DNA from: Candidatus Hadarchaeota archaeon
GTDB lineage: Archaea; Hadarchaeota; Hadarchaeia; Hadarchaeales; Hadarchaeaceae
Assembly: GCA_964433595.1 (NCBI GenBank)
Contig: CAYSRF010000001.1
Coordinates: 1 to 43,306, forward strand
Direction of reading: 5' to 3'
Length of the DNA stretch: 43,306 bases
Positions within the stretch are counted from its first letter, which is position 1, and each line of letters opens with the position of its first letter. The notes under the pieces are model-generated. The model was not told where the DNA came from, made no database searches, and saw nothing but the letters and a program-made list of their open reading frames with translations. Below, one piece after another: positions 19,563 to 27,695 of this stretch. Both the position numbers and the translations under genes were made by a program.

Positions 19563-20402
19563 TCAAAGTTTGGCTAGCACGCCTGCCAAGAACGCGAGCA
19601 GCCCTAACCCCATCGCCATTTTACACACGAGCGATGCCCGCCCAGCAGCCTCGGGCTCTCGGCTTCGCACGATAATCGCGGTCGCAGCGATAAAAGCAAC
19701 AATCGAGGGAACCACGAAAGTGAGGTATGCGCAGCCGAAGATCTCAAGCAAGTAGGGCAGGGGTGAAATGGCTATTGCGGCGCCGATGAAACCTGTCGCC
19801 AATGCGGCCGCCTTGCCCGTGCCGTGACGGAGTGGAAAAGTTTTGAGCCCGAGCTTTTGATCCCCCCGCATGTCCTCGATTCCCTTGATGAGCTCCCGCC
19901 CGACCGTCGAGAGCGCCGCCATGATTACTAAGATGCCGACCACTGAAATTTTGCCAACCGCCAGACCGCCGAATAAAAACGTTGACCCTACCAAGTAACC
20001 GATAGTTAGGTTGCCTGCCAGACCACGACGCTTGAGCTCTGCAGAATATGTGAAAAGGATCGCCGAGTTCAAGATAGCCAGTGCAAGGCATGACGGGTTT
20101 ATGAACGCTGCCAGAACCACACCGACTCCAAACAGGCAACTAGCAATAATTACAGCCGTCCTCGCGTTCAGCCTGCCGGATGGTACCGGTCGGTGAGGAC
20201 GGTTGATAGCATCGATATCCCTATCAAAATAGTCGTTAACCGCGTTGCCCGCTCCGCCAATCAAGGCTGCCGCTACAAACGCTACCCAAGCTGTGTAAGG
20301 TAGTTCCCCACCAACCGCGACTATGGCGCCTGTCAACACCGCCAAGCCCGCGAGTAAGCAATTGATGGGTCTGATGAGTTCGAGCGTCGGCGGTAAGCGC
20401 AC
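19563..20402 (-). CDS. UbiA-family prenyltransferase, digeranylgeranylglyceryl phosphate synthase-like
   Basis: NAVNDYFDRDIDAINRPHRPVPSG (the Asp-rich UbiA motif) and multiple TM helices. The start is placed at GTG 20402 (VRLPPTLELIRPIN), preceded by a GGGGGTGA SD and a TATA box. The listed ORF extends to 20534 and would overlap the nurA start on the other strand. Confidence 0.8.
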   Translation of the reverse strand: MRLPPTLELIRPINCLLAGLAVLTGAIVAVGGELPYTAWVAFVAAALIGGAGNAVNDYFDRDIDAINRPHRPVPSGRLNARTAVIIASCLFGVGVVLAAFINPSCLALAILNSAILFTYSAELKRRGLAGNLTIGYLVGSTFLFGGLAVGKISVVGILVIMAALSTVGRELIKGIEDMRGDQKLGLKTFPLRHGTGKAAALATGFIGAAIAISPLPYLLEIFGCAYLTFVVPSIVAFIAATAIIVRSREPEAAGRASLVCKMAMGLGLLAFLAGVLAKL

Positions 20403-20414
20403 CGTTTCACCCCC

Positions 20415-20431
20415 TTTATAAGGCTTATAAA
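20415..20431. promoter_or_regulatory. Palindromic double TATA box (TTTATAAG-G-CTTATAAA) in the divergent DGGGPS / nurA intergenic region
   Basis: Perfect 8-bp arms. It lies about 13-29 nt from the GTG at 20402 on the minus strand and about 75-90 nt upstream of the nurA ATG at 20505, which has its own GGAGGGTGA SD. Confidence 0.4.
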
Positions 20432-20504
20432 TTACTTTCGGTGACCTCTCTCCCCCAAATCCACTTAAATACTCCCCCACATCCCCTAAGCGGAGGGTGA
20501 AAAA

Positions 20505-21680
20505 ATGGGTACGAGCGGTGAAATAGGTGATCAAATGGTTTCACCTGTACGAAGGTTTGGTTTCCCAGAGAATCACGCAGGGTTTGAGGACACTCTAACA
20601 AGCATAGCCGAGCGAATACGCAAACAGGAAGGGCAAAGACGGAAGGTCGCGGAAACGCTCGCTGAGCTAAGGGACATAACTTTGGAAGGCGTGGAAGAAA
20701 TTATCGAACCTTCCCTCGTAAAATTAATTGAGCAAGACGCGCTCGCGAACCTGACGGTGGCGGGCGTCGATGGGGGGATGCTCGAGCAGCAGCTCCATGG
20801 CCTCGACCTTATCCTCTTGCGGGCGGTTGTTGCGATATTTCACTACCACGACGGCGGGCTGGAGTGGGCCGAGTACTTCCCAAGCGAGATGCCATTCCCC
20901 CGCCTGATTGATGTCGCGGAGCCGCTGGATGCCCGAGAATTTGAGCTCCTTGCCGGGATGGAACGTCAGCTGACCGAAATTGAGCTCGCTACCGAGGCGC
21001 TCCGAGCAAATGAAGTTAAACTCCTGTTACTGGATGGCTCTGTAGTGCCTCAGTACATCGACCGCTTTCCCCACAACCAAAGCTTGCGTGAGCGTTATCA
21101 CAAGCTCCTCAATGCATACACGAAGCTTTACGAGACCTGCGCAGAGTCGGGAGTCCTACTTGCGGGCGCGGTTAAGGACAGCCGAGGCGGGCGCTTCATC
21201 GATATCCTCAGGCGCCAGGTGCTCCCAAGTTTAGATGGCCTCGGCCTCGGACAAAAGGAGCTAGAGGTCTTAGAACGCTCGCGGGACACCGTTTTCCTCG
21301 ATCACGTGCTCAGGGTGGGAGAACGTACCTTCATCTTCCGCTATGCTGAAAGCTCATCAAGCTATGTACTCCGCGACCTCGGCGAATGGGCGATGCGAGT
21401 TTACGCATTTTACCTTAAGACCGTGCCATTCGACCGCCCGCTGCGCGTGGAGTTCATCGATTTCAGAGACGGACCAGCGGAGACCGCCAATCGCGTCGCG
21501 TCACTCATTTACGCGCTTTCCCCCCACCATGATGCCTTCGGGCTCCCATCGGTACTCATCGAGGCGGATGTGTGTGCCCGTCTGACCGAGGAGGACCTAA
21601 ACATCGTGCGCGACAGCATCGCGGACCGCCTCGGCCCCTCTGCCTTGCTCGACCTGAGGCGACACCGGAGACCTTTCTGA
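20505..21680 (+). CDS. nurA: NurA-domain 5'-3' nuclease
   Basis: 391 aa. VAGVDGGMLE, LLLLDGSVVPQY and GAVKDSRG are the three conserved NurA acidic and Lys/Ser blocks. Directly followed, after a 9-nt gap, by a HerA-type ATPase. Confidence 0.75.
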   Translation: MGTSGEIGDQMVSPVRRFGFPENHAGFEDTLTSIAERIRKQEGQRRKVAETLAELRDITLEGVEEIIEPSLVKLIEQDALANLTVAGVDGGMLEQQLHGLDLILLRAVVAIFHYHDGGLEWAEYFPSEMPFPRLIDVAEPLDAREFELLAGMERQLTEIELATEALRANEVKLLLLDGSVVPQYIDRFPHNQSLRERYHKLLNAYTKLYETCAESGVLLAGAVKDSRGGRFIDILRRQVLPSLDGLGLGQKELEVLERSRDTVFLDHVLRVGERTFIFRYAESSSSYVLRDLGEWAMRVYAFYLKTVPFDRPLRVEFIDFRDGPAETANRVASLIYALSPHHDAFGLPSVLIEADVCARLTEEDLNIVRDSIADRLGPSALLDLRRHRRPF

Positions 21681-21689
21681 GGTGGACTC

Positions 21690-23207
21690 ATGGAATTAGG
21701 AACAATTGTCGCTACAGAGGATGGTCCTTCACCAAGCAAATTCTCTTTCGTAGTCACCGAGGCCCAACGTAAGATGCCGGTTCGACAAGGGCAGTTCGTA
21801 GAAGTTGAGACCGAGGAAGGGCGGGTGATAGCTTTCGTCACGAACTTGATCAAGACCAATCGATACTTCATGCGGGCTGAGTCAGTCAAGGAGTACGAGC
21901 GGGGCGGCAGACCCTTGGCGGCGATCTTTCCTGCCGATCGCTGGGAGTACCTCATAGCCGAAGCTCAGGCGCTCGGAGTCCAAGCTGAGAATGGACTCGA
22001 GCGAACTACTTTCCCACCATCACCTGGGCAAAAGGTGCACGAAGCTAGATCAGAGGTGCTAACGCGCTTTCTCGGATTAAACCCAGACGACGGGGTGGAG
22101 CTGGGCAAGCTCAAGCACCACGAGCTACCTGTGAAGCTCGACCTTACGAGACTGTTGCGCAAACATGTGGCGGTGCTCGCAATGAGCGGCGCAGGCAAGA
22201 GCGTAAGCACTCAGGTGATAATCGAGGAGCTGCTCGGGCGCCTGCCTGAGCGGGGGCGGCCTGCGGTCGTCGTGGTCGATGTTCACGGTGAGTACGCTGG
22301 GTTGGCCGAAAGTTTCCCCGACCGCGTGAGCGTCGTCAAAGGCAGAAAACTCAAGATAGGCGTGCCGAACCTGAACTCGTATCAGTTCAAGGGGTTTATG
22401 CCTGACATCTCCGGGATGCAAGCGCGCGAGCTTCAGCGGGTGCTTGGCGAGCTGCGAGCCGAGATGCGGGCGGGCAAGGGTCCGTTTGGGTTGAATGAGG
22501 TCATCTCGCGGATTGAGGGGGACGGAGATATCCATAGACAGCTTCAGCAGGCTTTGCTCGGGTGGCTATTCGACCTCCGTTCACTCGGCATCTTCGACCG
22601 CGCCGATTGCCCGAGCTGGGAGAGTATCGTCGAGCCGGGAAAGGTGGTGGTGATCGACCTTAGCGACGTAGTCAGCTTGAGGAAGAAACAGATGTTCGTG
22701 GCGTATGCTGCGCGGAGGTTATTTAACGCTCGCAAAAGAGGCCGCGTGCCCCCGTTTGTGCTTTGCTTGGAAGAAGCTCATCAGTTTTGTCCGTCTGGCG
22801 AGTCCAAGAGAACGGCGATTTCGAGGTCGATAATCGAAACACTTGCTCGCGAGGGTCGCAAGTTCTATGCCTCGCTCATACTCATTTCCCAGCGCCCGGT
22901 GAGGCTCTCGACGACCGTGCTTTCACAGGCGAACACAAACATCATCCTGCGTGTCACAAACCCCTACGACCTAGAACACATCAAACAATCTTCGGAGGCG
23001 ATAACGAGCGAGGTTGCGGACATGATCTCCTCGCTGCCTGTGGGGGAGGCGTTGGTCGTGGGTGAAGCGGTGAATCACCCGATCTTTGTGAAAGTTAGGC
23101 AGAGGCGCTCGCGGGAGTCGGCTCACGGGGCTGGTTTGGAGGAAGCGGCACGCGAGTTCGAACAGCGCAATCGGCACGAGCGAGAAGATGCTAAAGCGTT
23201 TATGTGA
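21690..23207 (+). CDS. herA: HerA-type (FtsK-HerA superfamily, DUF87) hexameric ATPase/helicase
   Basis: 505 aa. N-terminal HAS-barrel-like GTIVATEDGPSPSKFSFVV...GQFVEVE. Walker A HVAVLAMSGAGKS. Walker B KVVVIDLSD. LILISQRP and NIILRVTNP motifs. A GAGGTGGA SD is present. Confidence 0.8.
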   Translation: MELGTIVATEDGPSPSKFSFVVTEAQRKMPVRQGQFVEVETEEGRVIAFVTNLIKTNRYFMRAESVKEYERGGRPLAAIFPADRWEYLIAEAQALGVQAENGLERTTFPPSPGQKVHEARSEVLTRFLGLNPDDGVELGKLKHHELPVKLDLTRLLRKHVAVLAMSGAGKSVSTQVIIEELLGRLPERGRPAVVVVDVHGEYAGLAESFPDRVSVVKGRKLKIGVPNLNSYQFKGFMPDISGMQARELQRVLGELRAEMRAGKGPFGLNEVISRIEGDGDIHRQLQQALLGWLFDLRSLGIFDRADCPSWESIVEPGKVVVIDLSDVVSLRKKQMFVAYAARRLFNARKRGRVPPFVLCLEEAHQFCPSGESKRTAISRSIIETLAREGRKFYASLILISQRPVRLSTTVLSQANTNIILRVTNPYDLEHIKQSSEAITSEVADMISSLPVGEALVVGEAVNHPIFVKVRQRRSRESAHGAGLEEAAREFEQRNRHEREDAKAFM

Positions 23208-23235
23208 GGGGGCTGTGTTTTAAGCGTTGAGAAAA

Positions 23236-23256
23236 TTGCGCACCTGCGCAATTATT
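23236..23256. repeat. 21-bp repeat copy 1: TTGCGCA-CC-TGCGCAA palindrome followed by TTATT
   Basis: Exact sequence TTGCGCACCTGCGCAATTATT. It lies 29 nt downstream of the herA stop. Confidence 0.9.
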
Positions 23257-23305
23257 GACATGTTTCTACATTTCTAGCTAAGGAACTATTCCTCAACGCG
23301 CGATG

Positions 23306-23326
23306 TTGCGCACCTGCGCAATTATT
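23306..23326. repeat. 21-bp repeat copy 2 (identical to copy 1)
   Basis: Exact TTGCGCACCTGCGCAATTATT, 70 bp from copy 1. It overlaps the TAA stop of the 97-aa ORF on the minus strand. Confidence 0.9.
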
Positions 23327-23615
23327 CCAGCTCCTTAACCGCGTAAATTCGGACTTTCTGGCATCCGCAGCTTCGTGCGAGCTCCTCTATTGCTCGAGCT
23401 GTTCTCATCTCCTCCACAAGCACAGCGCTGTACTGCACAGCAAAACCATCGCCTGCAAGTTCAAGCAATTTATGGAGATCGAAGTAGAACTTTCTAGGGA
23501 TCCTATCGCCTTTGAAATCGTAAATTACAAGTTTTCGCACGTGCGGTCTCGGATCATTGTCTTCCACGCTTTCGTAAATCAACTCGGCGAGGCTTTTTCT
23601 GCTCATCATTATCAC
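23322..23615 (-). CDS. Small hypothetical protein with a Cas2-like (beta-alpha-beta-beta-alpha-beta) sequence pattern
   Basis: 97 aa. RKLVIYDFKGDRIPRKFYFDLHKLL...FAVQYSAVLVEE...QKVRIYAVKE resembles the Cas2/VapD layout (hydrophobic strand ending in YD, then QYS, then RIY). Start candidates are the GTG at 23615 and the ATGs at 23609 and 23606. This is a pattern-level call only. Confidence 0.5.
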   Translation of the reverse strand: MIMMSRKSLAELIYESVEDNDPRPHVRKLVIYDFKGDRIPRKFYFDLHKLLELAGDGFAVQYSAVLVEEMRTARAIEELARSCGCQKVRIYAVKELE

Positions 23616-23620
23616 TTAGT

Positions 23621-23640
23621 TACGCACCTGCGCAATTATT
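23621..23640. repeat. Repeat copy 3 (TACGCACCTGCGCAATTATT; one arm mismatch)
   Basis: Located 6-25 nt upstream of the 97-aa ORF start (23615) and downstream of the PIN-gene stop (23665). On the minus strand it reads AATAATTGCGCAGGTGCGTAA. Confidence 0.85.
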
Positions 23641-23664
23641 CTCTATCGACTTTGCTCGCCAGCG

Positions 23665-24414
23665 CTACTTCGGGCTTGCGACCAACAATAGCGCTCGCTC
23701 GCAAAGCTCGCGCACGACCTCCGGCTGGATTATATGCTGCTCAAGGTACTCACGCAGGAGCAATGTCAAGTCCCATGCTACATACCTGAAGTTTAGTTCT
23801 CCGGGATTCGCTTGCGCTTGGCTCAGCTTCCGCACAGCCGTCGTCACCGCTCTCAGGCTATCTCCGCGCTGGCTTCGAAGCTTGTTAGCCAAGCCCTCGA
23901 ACGCGCGCCCATCGTTCAGGTTTTTGTAGAGGTAGCTACCCACATCGCTCGCCAACTCGCGGTAGAGCTCCAGCACCTCGCGGAGCGCCAGCCAGTCTGC
24001 ATGCGCGTCCAGCTGCCAAAGGGTCCGCGCCCCCACGTGCTCCCGCAGGCGCTCGACGACCCCCTCATCAAAAGTCAGCAAGGGGAGCCGAAGGTGCGCC
24101 GCCAGCATCAAAGCCCGCAGGTCGGTTAGCGGAACCTCTCGCTCAACCTCGAAAAGCAGGCGGCGGGATAATTCATCAAGCAGCTCCGGCAGGTAAACGA
24201 CCAGCAGCTTTCGGTCCCGCACGAACTGGCTCACCAAGCTGTACCCTAGGGTCTTGCCCCGGACGGCGATCAGCTTGTCGCGCGCAAGCCAGTTATAGGT
24301 CGCTGAAGGCAGGTAGATCTCACCACCGTCCAGCAACCGCTGTGCCCGTTCAAAGCTCGTGCGGTCAACCAGCGCGCTCACGTCGCATACGGCTCCGAAC
24401 TCCCTAACGCTCAT
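23665..24414 (-). CDS. PIN-like domain protein with a roughly 120-aa C-terminal helical extension
   Basis: 249 aa. The N-terminus AVCDVSALVD and the later PLTDLRALMLAAHLRLPLLTFDEG give the acidic PIN residues. The C-terminal half is Leu/Arg/Glu-rich and helical, with no recognised family. Confidence 0.55.
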   Translation of the reverse strand: MSVREFGAVCDVSALVDRTSFERAQRLLDGGEIYLPSATYNWLARDKLIAVRGKTLGYSLVSQFVRDRKLLVVYLPELLDELSRRLLFEVEREVPLTDLRALMLAAHLRLPLLTFDEGVVERLREHVGARTLWQLDAHADWLALREVLELYRELASDVGSYLYKNLNDGRAFEGLANKLRSQRGDSLRAVTTAVRKLSQAQANPGELNFRYVAWDLTLLLREYLEQHIIQPEVVRELCERALLLVASPK

Positions 24415-24435
24415 CTGCTCACCTCATTTTTGGGT

Positions 24436-24525
24436 TGGGCGCGCCAGGACTTGAATCCGGATTTCCCCCTTTCGGCAGCGCGAGCGACCGTCGGGAGGGT
24501 GTCTTATCCATTGGACCACGCGCCC
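24436..24525 (-). tRNA. Intron-containing tRNA; anticodon probably GAC (Val) if the 18-nt intron sits at or near 37/38
   Basis: Manual fold of the minus strand:
- Acceptor: GGGCGCG/CGCGCCC (perfect).
- D-arm: GTCC-AATGGATA-AGAC.
- Anticodon stem: CCCTC/GGGGG, enclosing 25 nt (CCGAC G...A), i.e. a 7-nt loop plus an 18-nt intron.
- T-arm: CCGGA-TTCAAGT-CCTGG.
- Discriminator A; no encoded CCA.
- An A-rich TATA-like GGATAAAAAAC lies just upstream.
Anomalies: C at position 33, an A53:C61 mismatch and C13:A22. Confidence 0.6.
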
Positions 24526-24564
24526 ATCGATAGTTTTTTATCCAAAAGGGGAGAAAGATTCAAT

Positions 24565-24587
24565 ACCGTCGGGAGGGTGTCTTGTCC
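24565..24587. repeat. Partial duplicate (22/23 nt) of the tRNA D-arm/anticodon-arm/intron-junction segment
   Basis: ACCGTCGGGAGGGTGTCTT[G]TCC here versus ACCGTCGGGAGGGTGTCTT[A]TCC at 24487-24509, in the same orientation and offset by 78 bp. It lies just upstream of the tRNA promoter. Confidence 0.85.
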
Positions 24588-24708
24588 CTTTTCTTTTTTT
24601 TGATTTCGCGTAGTTCTCCCGCCAAGGCTTTGGGTGAAGGTTGTTTATAAGGGGAAAATTCGCCCTTAATCTTTTGGTCTTCAAGATGGAAATACTCTAG
24701 GTGGTGCC

Positions 24709-25065
24709 TTGGTGAGGAAGCTGGTCATCGTCTGCCGCGACTTTGAGGTCGAGGCTGAGCTACTGGAAAAGCTGTGCCCCAATACTTGCAACGCAATTTG
24801 GAAAGCTTTGCCGTTCGATGCAGAAGTGGAAATCTGGAAAGAGGAGGTCTACTTCGAGATTCCGGTAAAAGTTGAACCGGAAAACCCAACGCCTAAAACT
24901 CAAACAGGTGATGTCTCTTATTGGCCTGAAGGTCCGGGCTTCTGCATCTTCTTCGGCCGCTCGCAGCCCGTTAGTCCCGTAAATACTTTCGCTCGAATAA
25001 GAAGTGGTGTTGAAAAATTCAAGGCCGCGCGGACGGGAGATCGAATAATCGTGCGCCAAGCCTAG
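24709..25065 (+). CDS. Cyclophilin-like superfamily protein (Cyclophil_like/DUF369-type)
   Basis: 118 aa. LPFDAEVEIWKEEVYFEIPV...GDVSYWPEGPGFCIFFG is the characteristic pattern. The start is the TTG at 24709 or the GTG at 24712, after an AGGTGGTG SD. Confidence 0.65.
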   Translation: MVRKLVIVCRDFEVEAELLEKLCPNTCNAIWKALPFDAEVEIWKEEVYFEIPVKVEPENPTPKTQTGDVSYWPEGPGFCIFFGRSQPVSPVNTFARIRSGVEKFKAARTGDRIIVRQA

Positions 25066-25066
25066 A

Positions 25067-25906
25067 CTAAAATATTTTTAAGTCGAGTACGATGTGATAA
25101 ACTCTGGTGGCATAGGAGCGAATTGCCCTGCTCTCAAGCAACTCCACCTTTCTCCCCTTCGCGACTGCCGCATCACGAGCGAACTGGAAGGATGGGCTGA
25201 AAAGGTCTGATTCTTTCCCGAAATCGTAAAAGTGCACCACCCCTCCCTCGGGCTTCAGCGCAAGCAATGCGACATCGAAGAACTCTCGGGCGAGCTCTGG
25301 CAAGGGCATGAGTACTCGATCTGCTTTCACCCTCAAGTGAGTTTCTACCACTTCCCTCGCGTCTCCCAAAATCGGCACCACTCGATCCCCAACCTTGTTG
25401 ATGCGGATGTTCGTGCACATGTACTCGAAGGCTGCGGGGTTCTTGTCGATGGAGTAGATCTGTGTTGCCATGCTGTGGCGGGCGATGATGACTGAATAGC
25501 TCCCAACGCCCGCGAACAAATTCGTCACTATCTCACTTGGCTTGACGAGCTTGGCCACGCGAAGGCGTTCCGTCGCCAACCGGGGTGAGAAGTAGGTCTT
25601 GGCGAGGTCGACCTTGAAGCTGCACCCCCCTTCATGGTAGAGGGTCTCCGTTCGGGGTTCGCCAGCAATCACCTCTAGCTCGCGCGTCCGAAACTCTCCC
25701 CGCACCGGAGCGGTTTGGTTGAGGACGGTCCGCACGTGGCGGTGGACCTGCATCAGCGCTTGGCCGATGAGGTGTTTTTTAGGCAGAAGTCCGTCAGGCA
25801 GCTTGACCACCGCAATATTTCCAACGATGTCGAATGCGCGTCCTAGCTGCTTGAGCTCCTCAGCGGTTAGTTGTCCCTTTAACGCCTCACGCAGATTTCT
25901 CGGCAT
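25067..25906 (-). CDS. Trm5/Taw2-family (Met_10 domain) SAM-dependent tRNA methyltransferase
   Basis: FDIVGNIAVVKLP, FSPRLATER, and NLFAGVGSYSVIIA (SAM-binding) ...DKNP. The start is placed at the internal ATG (MPRNLREAL). The listed ORF starts at 25939. Confidence 0.75.
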   Translation of the reverse strand: MPRNLREALKGQLTAEELKQLGRAFDIVGNIAVVKLPDGLLPKKHLIGQALMQVHRHVRTVLNQTAPVRGEFRTRELEVIAGEPRTETLYHEGGCSFKVDLAKTYFSPRLATERLRVAKLVKPSEIVTNLFAGVGSYSVIIARHSMATQIYSIDKNPAAFEYMCTNIRINKVGDRVVPILGDAREVVETHLRVKADRVLMPLPELAREFFDVALLALKPEGGVVHFYDFGKESDLFSPSFQFARDAAVAKGRKVELLESRAIRSYATRVYHIVLDLKIF

Positions 25907-25952
25907 ACTTGACCCAAAAACAATTTCGTGCAGAAGCAAAAGGTTTTAGGGG

Positions 25953-26759
25953 CTAGAGCATCTCCCTGCGCTTCGCCAGCCAGATGCTTAGGATGAAGGG
26001 GACGATAAAGTATCCTAACATTACAAAAAAGCTTGTGGTCGGATCCGGGTTCCTCTCCATCCCCCCGGGCATACCCCCACCGAACGCCGCCGTGAAAGGA
26101 ACCCCATACACACTGGCAATCGAATCCCCCGCATATCCATGCATGAACCACGGTTCAATGTTTGCAAATATTAAACTGATCTCAATGACAGAAAAAACTA
26201 GCATGATTGTTAGGAGTGTGGCTATCGTGGCACCCATGCTTCCCTTGAGCACTGAGCTGTAGAGAAATGCGATACCTAGCACACTGTTTGCATAAACCAA
26301 TGCAAGAGCAAGCGAACCAAATACCTCGATTGGCAACTGTTGATACATCCCGACTAAGGCTATCACCGTGGCGACATAGGCCAAAAGGATAATAAGGGCT
26401 GTGACAGTAAGGCATGCGATATATTTCCCGACGACAAGGGTACTTCGCTTTACCGGATTTGGGAAAAGAATGTAACCAGTTTTATGTTCGAATTCTGAAG
26501 CGATGGAGTCCCCAGCGAAGAACACAGCTGCAAAAATTGGTATGGTTGCACCTGCCGACGTTACAAATAAAGCAAAAAATTCAGGGGAATCGGAGATGAG
26601 GGGAGATAACTTCCCAGGGATATCCAACCCTTTATAGAGCGCTATGACTAAGATCACGGCGATGAGGGTAAGCACCAAAGCTCCATAAAATCTCTTCCTC
26701 CGGAACTGCTTCAGCAACTCGTATTTAGTCACTATTTTCAGCTTCTCGAACTCACTCAA
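25953..26759 (-). CDS. ABC-2-type transporter permease
   Basis: 268 aa with six hydrophobic segments. It has a 4-nt overlap with the upstream ATPase gene. Confidence 0.7.
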   Translation of the reverse strand: MSEFEKLKIVTKYELLKQFRRKRFYGALVLTLIAVILVIALYKGLDIPGKLSPLISDSPEFFALFVTSAGATIPIFAAVFFAGDSIASEFEHKTGYILFPNPVKRSTLVVGKYIACLTVTALIILLAYVATVIALVGMYQQLPIEVFGSLALALVYANSVLGIAFLYSSVLKGSMGATIATLLTIMLVFSVIEISLIFANIEPWFMHGYAGDSIASVYGVPFTAAFGGGMPGGMERNPDPTTSFFVMLGYFIVPFILSIWLAKRREML

Positions 26760-27481
26760 ATGGCCGCCTCCGTGAGTTTAAGGTATACACCTTCCAGCGA
26801 GGTTCGATACTTTTGCTTTAGGCGAGGGATACTGTCATAGACAAGCAGGTGACCGTGATCAATCAGCGCCACTTTGTCGCACACTTGAACAATCTCTGTA
26901 ATGAGGTGTGAGGATAAGAAGATCGTTTTCTCCTTTCTCGCCTTCTTTAGAATTTCCCGCACCTCTTTCATCCCCCTCGGATCGAGGCCTAATGCCGGCT
27001 CGTCGAGAATCAAGATTGGCGGGTCGTGGAGCAAGGCCTGCGCCAGCGCTAGGCGCTGCTTCATCCCTCTCGAGAATTTTCCTATCCGGACCTTAGCCCA
27101 TCCTCCAAGCCTGACAAGTTTCATGACCTCCTCTATCCTACTTTTCAACCCCTGCTCGCTCATTCCCCGGAGCCTCCCCAAGTAGCTGAGGGTTTCCACG
27201 GGGGTTAGGAAGGGATAAAATTCAGGTGTTTCCAAGATGGCCCCCACCATCGAAAGTGCTCGCTCGCGTTCCTCCACGACGTTGACACCATTGATGTAAG
27301 CCGTGCCAGAAGATGGGCGGAGGAGCCCACAAAGGAGTTTAAGGGTGGTGGTTTTCCCTGCGCCGTTGGGGCCGAGCAGCGCGACATCCTCATTCTTTTT
27401 TACCTTCAACGAGAGGTTGTCTAAGGCGAGAAAATCGTTGTAATACTTGCTCAGCCCATCGATGACGATAGATTCGTGCAT
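26756..27481 (-). CDS. ABC transporter ATP-binding protein
   Basis: Walker A GPNGAGKTT. Signature-like FSRGMKQRLALA. Walker B ILILDEP. H-loop SSHL. Confidence 0.9.
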   Translation of the reverse strand: MHESIVIDGLSKYYNDFLALDNLSLKVKKNEDVALLGPNGAGKTTTLKLLCGLLRPSSGTAYINGVNVVEERERALSMVGAILETPEFYPFLTPVETLSYLGRLRGMSEQGLKSRIEEVMKLVRLGGWAKVRIGKFSRGMKQRLALAQALLHDPPILILDEPALGLDPRGMKEVREILKKARKEKTIFLSSHLITEIVQVCDKVALIDHGHLLVYDSIPRLKQKYRTSLEGVYLKLTEAAI

Positions 27482-27695
27482 GGTTTTTACCCTTTATCTT
27501 ATCTTAAATTACCCTATAAAAAAGACATCTCAAGAATTTCCCCCGTCGATCTCATGTCTCTCATCCGCTGATTTTATGGCATTTGTTCATTTTAATCACT
27601 TTCCTATAACAAAAAATTTGTTATCTAAAAATATTAAATTTATCAGACAACAAGATCATAAAAAAGGAAGGAGAAGAATATTTAGGAAAAGAATG

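Noticed and set aside
23236-23640. Possible mini CRISPR array next to a Cas2-like gene
   Set aside because: There are only three repeat copies. The conserved unit is 21 bp, which is short. The spacings are 49 bp and 294 bp, so irregular, and the long spacer is itself the ORF. No cas1 or other cas genes lie in the window. It is reported as an unexplained repeat instead.
24510-24564. Integrated mobile element between the two tRNA-fragment copies
   Set aside because: Only 55 bp lie between the copies, and that stretch contains the tRNA 5' end and its promoter, so there is no cargo. At best this is a scar or an empty site.
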